This document shows, piece after piece, positions 1-9,663 of a DNA stretch of 64,000 bases. The DNA lies in contig JBARKP010000049.1 of NCBI GenBank assembly GCA_049801475.1, positions 10,265 to 74,264 of the forward strand, read 5' to 3'. This DNA is from Methyloceanibacter sp. (lineage in GTDB: Bacteria > Pseudomonadota > Alphaproteobacteria > Rhizobiales > Methyloligellaceae). Position numbers and translations under genes: made by a program. Below the pieces are notes generated by a model that did not search any database, was not told the DNA's origin, and saw nothing but the letters and a program-made list of their open reading frames with translations. Positions within the stretch are counted from its first letter, which is position 1. Every line of letters begins with the position of its first letter.

Positions 1-585
1 CTGTGGCTGTGGGGGTGGTGGTGGCGCCGTTCGGGGTTGTGGTTGAGGCGCAGCTTGGGGCTGAGGCTGCCACTGTGATTGCGGCTGCGGTCTGGGCTGC
101 GGTCTGGGCTGCGGCGCCTGCGCCTGCCTCGGTTGTTGGGATTGTATTCCCCAATCCGGCGCCGCTTGGGTCGCCCTTGGTGGTGGAGCGGCAGCCTGGC
201 GCGATTGTACGGGAAATGGCTCGGGGGCCGGAGGCGTGGAGGGCCGCCGTTGCGTTTGGAATTCGCGATTCATGTCCCCCGGCGGCGCCATGAAGGGCAC
301 GTCGGGCATCGGTTTCGGGGCAAGCTCGACGATCCCCGCTTCGACTTGGGCATAGATACGCCGCAACAAGGGACGCACGTCTAGGTTGAGCAAAGTCCCA
401 TAGGTCGATACGACGCGGCAGGTCTCCGGCCATGGCGGCAAGGCGTGCAGCGCGCCCTGCTCAAGGGCCTGAACCACCTCTAGGCGTGTGGCGAGCTGGG
501 CGGCGAGATCCGCCTCCGACAAGCCGCTCGCGACACGCAGGTCCCGAAACAGCTCCGCCACCTCAGCATCATAGCCGGCTGGCAT
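1..585 (-). CDS. HTH-domain protein with Pro/Gln-rich tail (N-terminal part only; runs off the window start)
   Basis: Absent from the ORF track because it has no stop codon in the window. ATG at 585-583, with AAGGAA just upstream, opens a stop-free frame down to nt 1. It reads MPAGYDAEVAELFRDLRVASGLSEADLAAQLATRLEVVQALEQGAL (XRE/RodZ-like HTH), then a PQPRPQPRPQPQ low-complexity region. Confidence 0.5.
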   Translation of the reverse strand, partial: MPAGYDAEVAELFRDLRVASGLSEADLAAQLATRLEVVQALEQGALHALPPWPETCRVVSTYGTLLNLDVRPLLRRIYAQVEAGIVELAPKPMPDVPFMAPPGDMNREFQTQRRPSTPPAPEPFPVQSRQAAAPPPRATQAAPDWGIQSQQPRQAQAPQPRPQPRPQPQSQWQPQPQAAPQPQPRTAPPPPPQPQ

Positions 586-780
586 TTCCTTGATCCCGTG
601 AATGTGCAGGCGGCCTCCGGATCGAACGTCCAAAGACAGGCTTCCCGGCGCTGAGCGCGGCGAAGTGGCCATCGCAAGGCCGATCCCATACTCCGCGAAT
701 CTCGTCCCACACAAGCCTATCGGCCGGCGGTTTGCAAGCCTCAGCGCCACCGCTCAAGCGTCGCCTTCTGGCGCCCCTGC

Positions 781-3042
781 TCATACTTGCACGCCCTTCT
801 CGACTGCGTAGCTCTTCAGCTCATCGCGCAAGGATGTGGCTTTGCAGGCTAGAAGCTCTTGCATGTGCGCCCACAGATCGCCTGCATCGAGCGAAAGGAC
901 CATGGCCTTGACCGGGCCTACCGAGGCCGGCGCCATGGAGATCGAGCGGAATCCGAGGCCGATGAGACCCATCGCCTCGAGCGGCTTGCCCGCCATCTCT
1001 CCGCACAGATTAAGCGGCACGTTGTACTTGGCTGCGGCCTCGACAATCGTGCGAAGCGCCATGAGCCCCGCTGGATTGAGCGCATCGAAGCGGTCGGCGA
1101 CCAGTATGTTGCTGCGGTCAGTGGCGAAGAGGAATTGCATCAAGTCATTCGAGCCCACGGAAGCAAAATCGGCAAGCGGCAGGAGACGATCGAGCTGCCA
1201 CAAAAGCGCTGGCACCTCGATCATGGCCCCGATGAGGAGGCGCTTTGGTTCGGGACGGCCGTGGCGCTTCAGGATCAGCACCTCACGGTCGATGAGCGCC
1301 TTTGCCGCCTCAAGCTCGGCCACATCGGCGATCATCGGCAGCATGATGCGAAGCTCGCGCCCTTGTGCTGCTCTGAGCAGGGCGCGGATCTGGGTGCGGA
1401 ACAGCGCCGGCCGATCGAGCGCCATGCGGATCGCTCGCCAGCCGAGAGCCGGGTTCTCCTCCTTGCTCACGCGAAAGTAAGGCAGCACCTTGTCGCCCCC
1501 GACATCGAGGGAGCGGAACACTACAGGGCGATCGCCGGCGGCATCGAGGATCGCTTTGTAGATGCGCGTCTGCTGTTCGAGCCGCGGGAAGGTAGAGGCG
1601 ATCATGAACTGCAGCTCGGTGCGGAACAGCCCGATACCGTCGGCGCCGGACTGGTCGAGATGCGGTAGGTCGAACAGGAGCCCGGCGTTGATATTCAGCG
1701 AGACCCGCGCCCCGTCGAGAGTGACCGGCGGCACGATGCGCAAGGCCGCATACTGGGCCTGGCGCCTAGCCCGAAAACGAACCTTATCGGCATAGGCCGC
1801 CACGACCTCCGGGGTCGGCCGCACATGCAGCTCACCGCCTTCGGCGTCGACGATGGCCGCGTCGCCCGCCTCCACTACCTCAAGCACACCCTTGGCCTGG
1901 CTGATCGCCGCGAGCCCAAGCGCGCGCGCCACAATGGCGACATGGCTCGTCGCGCCGCCCTCCTCAAGCACGAGCCCGCGCAAGCGGTGGCGGTCGTAGT
2001 CGAGCAGCTCCGCCGGACCCATGGTGCGGGCGACCAGAATGGTGTCTTGCGGCAGGTTTCCGGCCGCCGCCGTCCCTGCCCCGCCCGCGAGCAGGCGCAA
2101 CAGCCGATTGGAGAGATCGTCGATGTCGTGCAGCCGTTCCCGTGCATAGGGATCGGTCTGCCGCAGCATGCGCGCCCGCGTATCGTTGCGGACCCGCTGC
2201 ACGGCAGCCTCGGCCGTCAACCCGGTGAGCATCGCCTCATCGAGGCGACGGCGCCAGCCGCGGTCGTGAGCGAACATGCGGAAGGCTTCCAGCACCTCGC
2301 GATGCTCGCCGGCGCGCTCCATGTCGCCTCGCCCTAGCATGCCGTCGATCATGCCGGTGAGGTCCTCGATGGCTTGCGCGAGCCGCCGGCGCTCGAGCTC
2401 GACATCCTCGGCGATCAGCTTGGTGACGACGATGCGCGGTTCATGTAGCACCACATGGCCCAGCGCCACGCCTTCGGAGATTGCAAGGCCGGTGAAGCGG
2501 GCGCTCTGGTCGCGGCGCGCGTCTTGCGTGGCTTCGTCGCTCACGACCAGCCCGCCGGAGGCGATCATCTCCGCGATCACCATGGCAGTCGTTTGCAGCG
2601 CCTCAACCTCCTCGTCGCTGTAATGACGCTGGGTACGATTCTGTACGGTCAATACGCCGATGGTATGACCACCCCGGAGGATCGGCACACCGAGAAAGGC
2701 GTGGTAGATCTCCTCGCCGGTCTCCGGCCGATAGGAGAAGGCCGGGTGGGATTGCGCGTCGGCGAACTGCATCGGTTCGGCCTGCTCGGCGATCAACCCG
2801 ACGAGACCTTCGCCGCGCTTCAGATGCGTGCTGTGGACGGCCTCACGATTGAGGCCTTCGGTCGCGAACAGCTCGAGCGAGCTGTCCCGTCGGCGCAAAT
2901 AGAGCGAGCACACTTCGGCGACCATGTTGGAGGCGATCAGCACCACGACCTTGTCGAGGCGCGCCTGTGCGCTCTCGCGCTCGGCCATCACCTCGCGCAA
3001 GCGGCGGAGCAGCAGTCTTGGAGCGCCAATAGAGATTGGCAT
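781..3042 (-). CDS. ptsP: Phosphoenolpyruvate-protein phosphotransferase, nitrogen PTS enzyme I (GAF + EI domains)
   Basis: 753-aa ORF. N-terminal GAF-like region (LLRRLREVMAE...VCSLYL), then EI motifs (GGATSHVAIVARALG, GLFRTELQF, GSNDLMQF). Confidence 0.9.
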   Translation of the reverse strand: MPISIGAPRLLLRRLREVMAERESAQARLDKVVVLIASNMVAEVCSLYLRRRDSSLELFATEGLNREAVHSTHLKRGEGLVGLIAEQAEPMQFADAQSHPAFSYRPETGEEIYHAFLGVPILRGGHTIGVLTVQNRTQRHYSDEEVEALQTTAMVIAEMIASGGLVVSDEATQDARRDQSARFTGLAISEGVALGHVVLHEPRIVVTKLIAEDVELERRRLAQAIEDLTGMIDGMLGRGDMERAGEHREVLEAFRMFAHDRGWRRRLDEAMLTGLTAEAAVQRVRNDTRARMLRQTDPYARERLHDIDDLSNRLLRLLAGGAGTAAAGNLPQDTILVARTMGPAELLDYDRHRLRGLVLEEGGATSHVAIVARALGLAAISQAKGVLEVVEAGDAAIVDAEGGELHVRPTPEVVAAYADKVRFRARRQAQYAALRIVPPVTLDGARVSLNINAGLLFDLPHLDQSGADGIGLFRTELQFMIASTFPRLEQQTRIYKAILDAAGDRPVVFRSLDVGGDKVLPYFRVSKEENPALGWRAIRMALDRPALFRTQIRALLRAAQGRELRIMLPMIADVAELEAAKALIDREVLILKRHGRPEPKRLLIGAMIEVPALLWQLDRLLPLADFASVGSNDLMQFLFATDRSNILVADRFDALNPAGLMALRTIVEAAAKYNVPLNLCGEMAGKPLEAMGLIGLGFRSISMAPASVGPVKAMVLSLDAGDLWAHMQELLACKATSLRDELKSYAVEKGVQV

Positions 3043-3115
3043 AGATACCAGTCCTCGCCGGCCTTTGGCGGCGAACCAAGCTTGCGAAAGGCTTGAGGTA
3101 GCCGCCTAAGAGTCC

Positions 3116-4405
3116 TTAGCGGCTGTCCAATCCGAACAAGGAATGCAAGGTCCGCACCGCAAGCTCGGCGTAGGCCGCATCGATCAATACGCTGATTTTG
3201 ATCTCGGAAGTCGAGATCGCCTCGATATTGATGCCCTTTTCGGCAAGCGCGCTGAACATTTGGGCCGCAACCCCCGCATGGCTGCGCATGCCGACGCCTA
3301 TGGCTGATACCTTGGCGACGTCGGTCGAGCCGCGCAAGTCGAAATAGCCGACGCTTTCCCTGGCCTTCTTCAGCACCTCGACCGCGCGGTCGAAGTCGGC
3401 GCTTTGTACGGTGAAGGTGAGATCGGTAAAGCCGTCCTCGGAGACATTCTGCACGATCATGTCGACATTGATGTTGGCTGCCGCGAGCGGGCAGAACACC
3501 TGCGCCGCCACTCCAGGTTTGTCGGCGATCTTGAGCAGCGTTACTTTGGCCTCGTCCCTCGCATAGGCGATCCCGCTGACGACATGTTGCTCCACGATCT
3601 CATCCTCATGACAAACGAGTGTTCCACAAGTCTCGGCAGCGTCCGCGCCGGGCATGTCAGGCGGGTCGAAGCTCGAGCGCACCAGCACGCGGACTCCCTT
3701 CTGCATGGCAAGCTCGACGGAGCGGGTCTGCAGCACCTTGGCGCCTTGCGAGGCCATCTCCAACATCTCTTCGTAGGAGATTCTGTCGAGCCGGTGGGCG
3801 CGTGGCACGATCCTCGGGTCGGTTGTGTAGACGCCGTCGACATCCGTATAGATGTCGCAACGGTCGGCGCTGAGCGCCGCGGCAAGCGCCACCGCGCTCG
3901 TGTCGGACCCTCCGCGCCCCAAGGTGCTGATGCGGTTGTCGGGGCCAAGCCCCTGGAACCCGGCCACGACCGCGACCTCGCCTTGCATCAACCGCGCCTT
4001 CAGAGTCTCGACGGCGACACCGGTGATGCGGGCTGCGCGGTGGGCGCCGTCAGTAGCGACCGGGATCTGCCAGCCCTGCCACGACCGCGCCGGTATGCCG
4101 ATTGACTGGAGCACGATGGCGAGGAGCCCAGAGCTGACCTGCTCGCCCGAGGCCACTACGGCATCATATTCGCGTGCGTCATACTCGACCGAGACCTCGC
4201 CGTCATTCCGTAGCCGGCGCTGCTTGAAGCCCCAGGCGTCCTCGACCAAGGTCACGAGTTGATTGGTTTGGCCCGACATGGCCGAGACCACGACGGCACA
4301 AGCGTGGCCTGCGTCCACCTCGCGCTTCACATGCGCCGCGACGTTGCGGATGCGATCCACATCGCCGACAGATGTCCCGCCGAATTTAAGCACCAATAGA
4401 GACAC
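3116..4405 (-). CDS. lysC: Aspartate kinase
   Basis: VLKFGGTSVGD...SAMSG...GRGGSDTSA motifs with C-terminal ACT repeats. I prefer the GTG at 4405, which is preceded by GGGAGGGG, over the upstream TTG of the track ORF. Confidence 0.9.
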   Translation of the reverse strand: MSLLVLKFGGTSVGDVDRIRNVAAHVKREVDAGHACAVVVSAMSGQTNQLVTLVEDAWGFKQRRLRNDGEVSVEYDAREYDAVVASGEQVSSGLLAIVLQSIGIPARSWQGWQIPVATDGAHRAARITGVAVETLKARLMQGEVAVVAGFQGLGPDNRISTLGRGGSDTSAVALAAALSADRCDIYTDVDGVYTTDPRIVPRAHRLDRISYEEMLEMASQGAKVLQTRSVELAMQKGVRVLVRSSFDPPDMPGADAAETCGTLVCHEDEIVEQHVVSGIAYARDEAKVTLLKIADKPGVAAQVFCPLAAANINVDMIVQNVSEDGFTDLTFTVQSADFDRAVEVLKKARESVGYFDLRGSTDVAKVSAIGVGMRSHAGVAAQMFSALAEKGINIEAISTSEIKISVLIDAAYAELAVRTLHSLFGLDSR

Positions 4406-4588
4406 TTGCCCCTCCCGGGCCGGGCGCCCGCATTCCAAAGCGCACCTTTTGCCTCAGCAACAGTATGGCCGGCCCCACAGAGGGACCGGCCAGAAAAGCG
4501 GTTCTTCATACTGACTGCCGGCCCGTGCCGCAACCTGACTTGGACTCGGCCCCACCCCTGCTTGACAGGGGGCTAAGGGCCACGGTCA

Positions 4589-5347
4589 ATGGCCCACATG
4601 ACGCGAGGCCCCCAAAGCTCACTCACGCTCGACCGCGAGGAAGTCGCCCGCTTTGCGCGGCTCGGCGGAGAGTGGTGGGACGCTGGCGGCCCCTTCAGGC
4701 AGCTCCATCGCATCAACCCGGTGCGCCTCACCTATATCCGCGACCAGCTCTGCCGCAGCTTCGGACGCGACCCCACGCAAGGCTTGAGCCTTGCGGGCTT
4801 GAGCGTGCTCGACATCGGCTGTGGCGGGGGCCTTGTCTGCGAGCCCTTGGCGCGGCTCGGCGCGCGCGTGACCGGAATCGACCCCGGCGCCGAGACCATC
4901 GAGGCAGCGAAATCGCACGCCGACGCGGCCGGGTTCGACATCGACTATCAGATGGCAACCGCCGAGGAGCTTGTGGGCCGTGGAGAGAGCCATGACGCTG
5001 TGCTGCTGCTCGAAGTCGTGGAGCACGTCCCGGACGTGCCGGCGTTTCTCAAGACCGTGGCGCCTCTGGTGAAGCCCGGAGGCGTTATGATCCTTTCGAC
5101 GCTCAACCGCACCCTCAAGGCCTATGCGCTCGCGATTCTCGGCGCCGAGCTGATCCTCCGCTGGCTCCCCGTCGGCACCCATCAATGGCAGCGCTTCGTC
5201 AGGCCCGAGGAGCTGGCAGCCGCTCTCGGCGCCGCCGGCCTCACCCTCACCGACACCGAGGGGCTGAGCTATGACCCGTTTGCCGACGAGTGGCGCCTCG
5301 GCGCCGACACCGATGTGAACTATTTCGCCTCCGCTATGCGGCGGTAA
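4589..5347 (+). CDS. ubiG: 3-demethylubiquinol 3-O-methyltransferase
   Basis: 252 aa. EVARFARLGGEWWD...LSVLDIGCGGGLVCEPLARLGARVTGID is a class I SAM methyltransferase with the typical UbiG N-terminus. Confidence 0.85.
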   Translation: MAHMTRGPQSSLTLDREEVARFARLGGEWWDAGGPFRQLHRINPVRLTYIRDQLCRSFGRDPTQGLSLAGLSVLDIGCGGGLVCEPLARLGARVTGIDPGAETIEAAKSHADAAGFDIDYQMATAEELVGRGESHDAVLLLEVVEHVPDVPAFLKTVAPLVKPGGVMILSTLNRTLKAYALAILGAELILRWLPVGTHQWQRFVRPEELAAALGAAGLTLTDTEGLSYDPFADEWRLGADTDVNYFASAMRR

Positions 5348-5368
5348 TGAAGGAGGAGCACAGATGTC

Positions 5369-6406
5369 ATGATCTTCCGGCAGCTGTTCGACAGCACCTC
5401 GAGCACCTACACCTATCTTCTTGCGAGCCGGCATGGCGGAGAAGCGCTCATCGTCGATCCCGTACTTGAGAAAGTAGACCGTTACATTCAGCTCCTAAAA
5501 GAGCTGGACTTAAGACTCATCAAGGCCATCGACACCCACCTGCATGCTGACCACATCACGGGGCTGGAGGCGCTGCGCGAGCGCACCCACTGCATCACCC
5601 TCATGGGCGAGCAGACCAAGGCGGACGTCGTCTCAATCCGCGTCAGCGACGCCGACCGGGTCGAGATCGAAGGCATCAGTCTCGGGGTCGCCTATACCCC
5701 GGGCCACACCGACGATTCCTACAGCTTTATCATGCCGGATCGCGTGTTCACGGGAGATACCCTGCTCATTCGCGGCACCGGACGCACGGATTTTCAGAAC
5801 GGCGATCCACGCGCCCAATATGGCTCGATCTTTGGGCGACTGCTGAGGCTGCCCGACGAGACGCTTGTGTATCCTGCACACGACTATAAGGGCGACACGG
5901 TGAGCACCATCGGCGAAGAACGTGCCTTCAATCCGCGCCTGCAGGTCAAATCCATCGACGAATATGTGGACCTCATGAATAATTTGCACCTTCCCAACCC
6001 CAAGATGATGGACGTAGCGGTCCCGGCGAACATGCGGATCGGGCTTGCTCAAAACATTGTCGCCGATCGGGGATGGGCTTTGACGGCGGGAGAGACGAAG
6101 GCCCTCTTAGGCCAACGAGATGTTGCCCTGGTCGATCTGCGGGAAGAGCGGGAGCGCAGCCGGGATGGCATTATTCCTGGGTCGCTGCACGTTGCTTACC
6201 CCGGCCTGCGGTCGAGCCTACAGGCAGATGGTCTCTTGCATCAGCTGGCACGGGCTGCAGGCAAGCGCCTGATCTTCTACTGTTCCTTTGGAGAGCGATC
6301 GGCCATGGCCGTACAAGCGGCGCAAGCCGCAGGCCTCGGCGGCTCGCGCCATCTCCATGGCGGCATCCAAGCCTGGAAAAATGCCGAAGGGCCTCTGGTC
6401 AGGTGA
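5369..6406 (+). CDS. MBL-fold persulfide (sulfur) dioxygenase fused to a C-terminal rhodanese domain
   Basis: MIFRQLFDSTSSTYTYLLAS...THLHADHITG...TPGHTDDS is ETHE1-like. The C-terminal ~100 aa (LVDLREERE...IFYCSFGERS) is rhodanese-like with an active-site Cys. Confidence 0.8.
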   Translation: MIFRQLFDSTSSTYTYLLASRHGGEALIVDPVLEKVDRYIQLLKELDLRLIKAIDTHLHADHITGLEALRERTHCITLMGEQTKADVVSIRVSDADRVEIEGISLGVAYTPGHTDDSYSFIMPDRVFTGDTLLIRGTGRTDFQNGDPRAQYGSIFGRLLRLPDETLVYPAHDYKGDTVSTIGEERAFNPRLQVKSIDEYVDLMNNLHLPNPKMMDVAVPANMRIGLAQNIVADRGWALTAGETKALLGQRDVALVDLREERERSRDGIIPGSLHVAYPGLRSSLQADGLLHQLARAAGKRLIFYCSFGERSAMAVQAAQAAGLGGSRHLHGGIQAWKNAEGPLVR

Positions 6407-6423
6407 CTAAGGCCGCGCTCCCC

Positions 6424-7053
6424 TCAATATCCCGGCCCCTGGAACCAATTGCGCGGCGCCCGGAACCCGGGCGGCGGCGCGTATCCGGGACCCCAGCCGG
6501 GTCTCCTCCAGCCAAAGGGGTAGGTTGGGTAATAGCCGTCCCCCTGCCAGGCCTCCCCGTATTGGGGCTGGCGCGGCTTTTTGGGCTGGGCCACCTCCTG
6601 GCCGGTCCCGCTCACCACCACCTGGGTGTTGGCCATGCCTTGCGCCTCCACCAGGGCGTAAAGGGTTGCGGCGTTCTCGGGCGAGAGCCGCACGCAGCCA
6701 TGGGAAGCGGCCTTTCCAAGGTTCTTCACCTCATAGCTGCCATGAATAGCGTGACCATCTTTCATAAAGAAGATTGAGTGCGGCATAGGAGAGTTATCCC
6801 ATTGCTTCGAATACCATTCTTCATTCATGCTTAATGCGGAATAGGAGCCAGAAGGTGTATCAAATCCAGGTCTACCGGTCGAGACCGGCCAAGTGTACTC
6901 CTCGGTGCCGTCGACCCAGACGGTCATCCGTTGCGCGCTCTTATCGATGGTGATGAGGACGTTGGCGCTAGCCGGACTGCTCAGGGGACCGACGAGCAGA
7001 AGCGGCAACGCGAGGAGACTTTGGGGAATACGGAAGAAACTCAAGAGGCGCAT
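6424..7053 (-). CDS. L,D-transpeptidase (YkuD domain), secreted
   Basis: Signal peptide MRLLSFFRIPQSLLALPLLLVGPLSSPASA. Catalytic motif HGSYEVKNLGKAASHGCVRL. Confidence 0.85.
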   Translation of the reverse strand: MRLLSFFRIPQSLLALPLLLVGPLSSPASANVLITIDKSAQRMTVWVDGTEEYTWPVSTGRPGFDTPSGSYSALSMNEEWYSKQWDNSPMPHSIFFMKDGHAIHGSYEVKNLGKAASHGCVRLSPENAATLYALVEAQGMANTQVVVSGTGQEVAQPKKPRQPQYGEAWQGDGYYPTYPFGWRRPGWGPGYAPPPGFRAPRNWFQGPGY

Positions 7054-7191
7054 GACCTTTCCCTGGTTGCGCGAAAACCAACGCTCGGCGGCTTTCCGAT
7101 ATTAGATCATCAAGGCTGTAACAGGGCGCCCCCCAACAACAAGTTTATTTGAACTCGATTTTTTTGCACCGACTTGCATACCGCAGGAAAG

Positions 7192-7605
7192 CTAATTCTG
7201 GTCCTCAGGCAGCGGCGGCAAAGGGCAGACCGGGATGCCTTCCTCGCAGAGCTCGCGGGCCTCCTGGAGCGTCGCTTCGCCAAAGATACTGCGGGGTGGC
7301 GCCTCCTCGAAATAGATCTTGCGCGCCTCGTCAGGGAATTTCGCCCCCACATAATCGGCATTGGCGGTGAGCTCGGCGCGAAGCTTGCGCAACATGGCGT
7401 AGGACTTAGGGCGCTCGACCCGTGCCAGCGGCTCCGACCGCCGCTTCGCCACATGCGGGGCCATGGGGGCCTTGGCCACCCGGACGCTGCCGCAACAGGG
7501 GCAGGCGATCGACTTGGCTCCCGCCTGGTCGTCGTAGGCCTGTGCCGAGCCGAACCAGGCGTCGAAGCCGTGGCCCGCCTCGCAAGCCAGCGCATAACAG
7601 ATCAT
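7192..7605 (-). CDS. DUF1178 family zinc-ribbon protein
   Basis: MICYALACEAGHGFDAWFGSAQAYDDQ...ACPCCGS. The ATG at 7605 overlaps the upstream gene's stop in an ATGA arrangement. Confidence 0.75.
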   Translation of the reverse strand: MICYALACEAGHGFDAWFGSAQAYDDQAGAKSIACPCCGSVRVAKAPMAPHVAKRRSEPLARVERPKSYAMLRKLRAELTANADYVGAKFPDEARKIYFEEAPPRSIFGEATLQEARELCEEGIPVCPLPPLPEDQN

Positions 7606-8450
7606 GATGCCGCAATCTCGACCTCGAATTGGCGCCCATGCTGAAGCGAGGGCACTTTCTCCCGCGCCTCGGCGCAAAGCCCGGGGTCGATATCGGCGAA
7701 GAGAATCTGGGGATCCTCGCCCGCCTCCGCCAGGACCTCGCCCCAGGGGGAGACGATCATGCTGTGCCCATAGGTGCTGCGGCCGTTCTCATGCGGACCG
7801 CCTTGGGCGGCGGCGAGCACGAAGGCGCCCGTCTCGATGGCGCGAGCGCGTAGGAGCACGCGCCAATGGGCCTCGCCCGTCTGTTTGGTGAAGGCCGAGG
7901 GCACGGCGAGGAAGGCGGCGCCTGCAATGGCGAGGGCGCGGTAGAGCGCAGGGAAGCGAAGGTCATAGCAGATGCTCAAGCCAAGCCGTCCCCAAGGCAG
8001 ATCGGCGAGCACGGCCTTGGCGCCAGGGCGGTAGGTGCTGGATTCGCGGTAGCTCTCGCCGCCCGCAAGGTCGACGTCGAACAGGTGCAGCTTGTCGTAG
8101 CGCGCGACGATCTCCCCGTCCGGTGCGATCAGATAGGAACGGTTGGCGGCTTTGGTTCGGTCGACCTTCATGGCGAGCGAGCCCACATGCAGCCAAAGCC
8201 CGAGCTCCTTCGCGAGCGCCTTGAGTTGGGCAAGCGTCGCGCTCTCTTCCTCTAAATCGATCTCGCCCAACAACCGCTCTGGCTCAAGTTCCATGATCGC
8301 CGTGTTTTCCGGCGTCTGCACATAGACGGCGCCGCCGGCAGCGGCGCGCCGGATGAGGTCCTCCGCCATCTGCATATTGGGTGCAATGGAGCGGCCGGAC
8401 CTGAGCTGAACCAAGGCCGTGCGGAAAGCTTTCGGCGAAGGCGCGGTCAT
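7602..8450 (-). CDS. Carbon-nitrogen hydrolase (Nit/nitrilase superfamily) protein
   Basis: 282 aa. The Glu-Lys-Cys pattern (QTPEN..., YDKLHLFD, LGLSICYDLRFP) is typical of Nit-family amidases. Confidence 0.85.
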   Translation of the reverse strand: MTAPSPKAFRTALVQLRSGRSIAPNMQMAEDLIRRAAAGGAVYVQTPENTAIMELEPERLLGEIDLEEESATLAQLKALAKELGLWLHVGSLAMKVDRTKAANRSYLIAPDGEIVARYDKLHLFDVDLAGGESYRESSTYRPGAKAVLADLPWGRLGLSICYDLRFPALYRALAIAGAAFLAVPSAFTKQTGEAHWRVLLRARAIETGAFVLAAAQGGPHENGRSTYGHSMIVSPWGEVLAEAGEDPQILFADIDPGLCAEAREKVPSLQHGRQFEVEIAAS

Positions 8451-8734
8451 TGCCCCGCAGCACCTGCCACCGCTTCAAGCTCCGCAAGCCAGGGGTCGAG
8501 CCTGGCGGCGCGCTCGAGCGCGGCGAGCTCCTCGTAGCCGCCGACATGGCTTCCGTCGATGAAGATTTGCGGCACGGCGCGCCGGCCCGTCGCGCGGGAA
8601 ATCATCTCCTCGCGCTTGGCGGCGTCTTCGCTCACGTCGATCTCGGTGAAGGCGACACCTTTGGTCGCAAGCAGCCGCTTCGCGGCGCTGCAATAGCCGC
8701 AAAAGGGAGTGGTGTAGAGAAGGATTCTCGTCAT
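8447..8734 (-). CDS. grxC: Glutaredoxin 3
   Basis: MTRILLYTTPFCGYCSAAKRLL...VPQIFIDGSHVGGYEEL contains a CxxC glutaredoxin motif. Its stop overlaps the downstream start (ATGA). Confidence 0.9.
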   Translation of the reverse strand: MTRILLYTTPFCGYCSAAKRLLATKGVAFTEIDVSEDAAKREEMISRATGRRAVPQIFIDGSHVGGYEELAALERAARLDPWLAELEAVAGAAGQ

Positions 8735-8803
8735 CAAAGTTCCGCTGCTCGGCCCCACTAGAGTTCTGTTGTTAGATAAGAGGGTCGATAAGCAGATGCT
8801 AGA

Positions 8804-9574
8804 CTACAGCAGGAAGGCGGATGGTTCCACGGCCCGGGCCAGCGCCAGGATGTCGACCCGAACCGCGCCCGCCCGCTTCAGGGTTCGCGCACAGGCGTCG
8901 ACGGTAGCGCCGGTGGTGATGACGTCATCGACGACGACGATACGCTTGCCGCGCATGTGTATCCGCGCGCGGGTGACGCCAAAGGCTCCTGCGACGTTCC
9001 GCCGCCGCTGCGCCGCCGTAAGCCCGACCTGGCTCGGCGGGCGCCGCATCCGGCCGAGCAAGAGGCAATCGATGGGAACGCCCGTCAGTCTCCCACGGCG
9101 CGAGCAAGTACGGCCGACTGATTGAAGCTCCGCGACCAGAGCCTTGAGCGGTAGAGGGGGGAACGGCACGATCAGATCGGCGTCGACGAGGAGCTCCGCT
9201 CCGGTGGTTGCGAGCCATCGGCCGAACAACGGCAGACCCTCGTGCCGATCCCAATATTTGAAGCCTTGGATCAGGTCCCGCATGATTGAGGAATAACGCG
9301 CCACGGCGCGCGCCCGGTCGTAGACTGGCGGATCGGCGATCGCGGCCGCCGAGAGGCGGGCTCCCCGGCATCATAAGGAAGCGGCACGCCGAGGCGGTCG
9401 CAGATGGGAAGGGCGATGAAGTCGATCCGCGCCCAACAGTCGCCAGAGTCCGTGGCCGCTGATTCGCGTCCGGCAAACGATGCAGACCGGCGGCAGTAGC
9501 AGATCGGCACGAGGGGCGAGCATGCTACGCAGAGTCCACGCCGCTGAGCCGGCCGCTAGCCCGGTCGCAGGGAC
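8804..9574 (-). pseudogene. comF: ComF-family phosphoribosyltransferase, disrupted by at least 4 frameshifts
   Basis: The conserved ComF blocks alternate between two reading frames. LLLPPVCIVC (frame of ORF 9371-9769), then CWARIDFIALPICDRLGVPLPYDAGE (frame of 9271-9510). Next AAAIADPPVYDRARAVARYSSIMRDLIQGFKYWDR, then PLYRSRLWSRSFNQSAVLARA (other frame). Finally TGVPIDC...SQVGLTAAQRRRNVAGAF...VVVDDVITTGAT. The start position is uncertain. Confidence 0.75.
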
Positions 9575-9663
9575 CTCGGAAGTGAGCTCTGCATCGGCGA
9601 CCTCATGGGACACATGATAAAGCGGGACAGCGCCATGGAGGAAGAGGGGACGCGTGCGGACGT

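Noticed and set aside
3-384. Plus-strand ORFs 3-293 and 79-384 at the left edge.
   Set aside because: They are antisense to the better-supported minus-strand HTH/PQ-rich gene (1-585), and their sequence is low-complexity.
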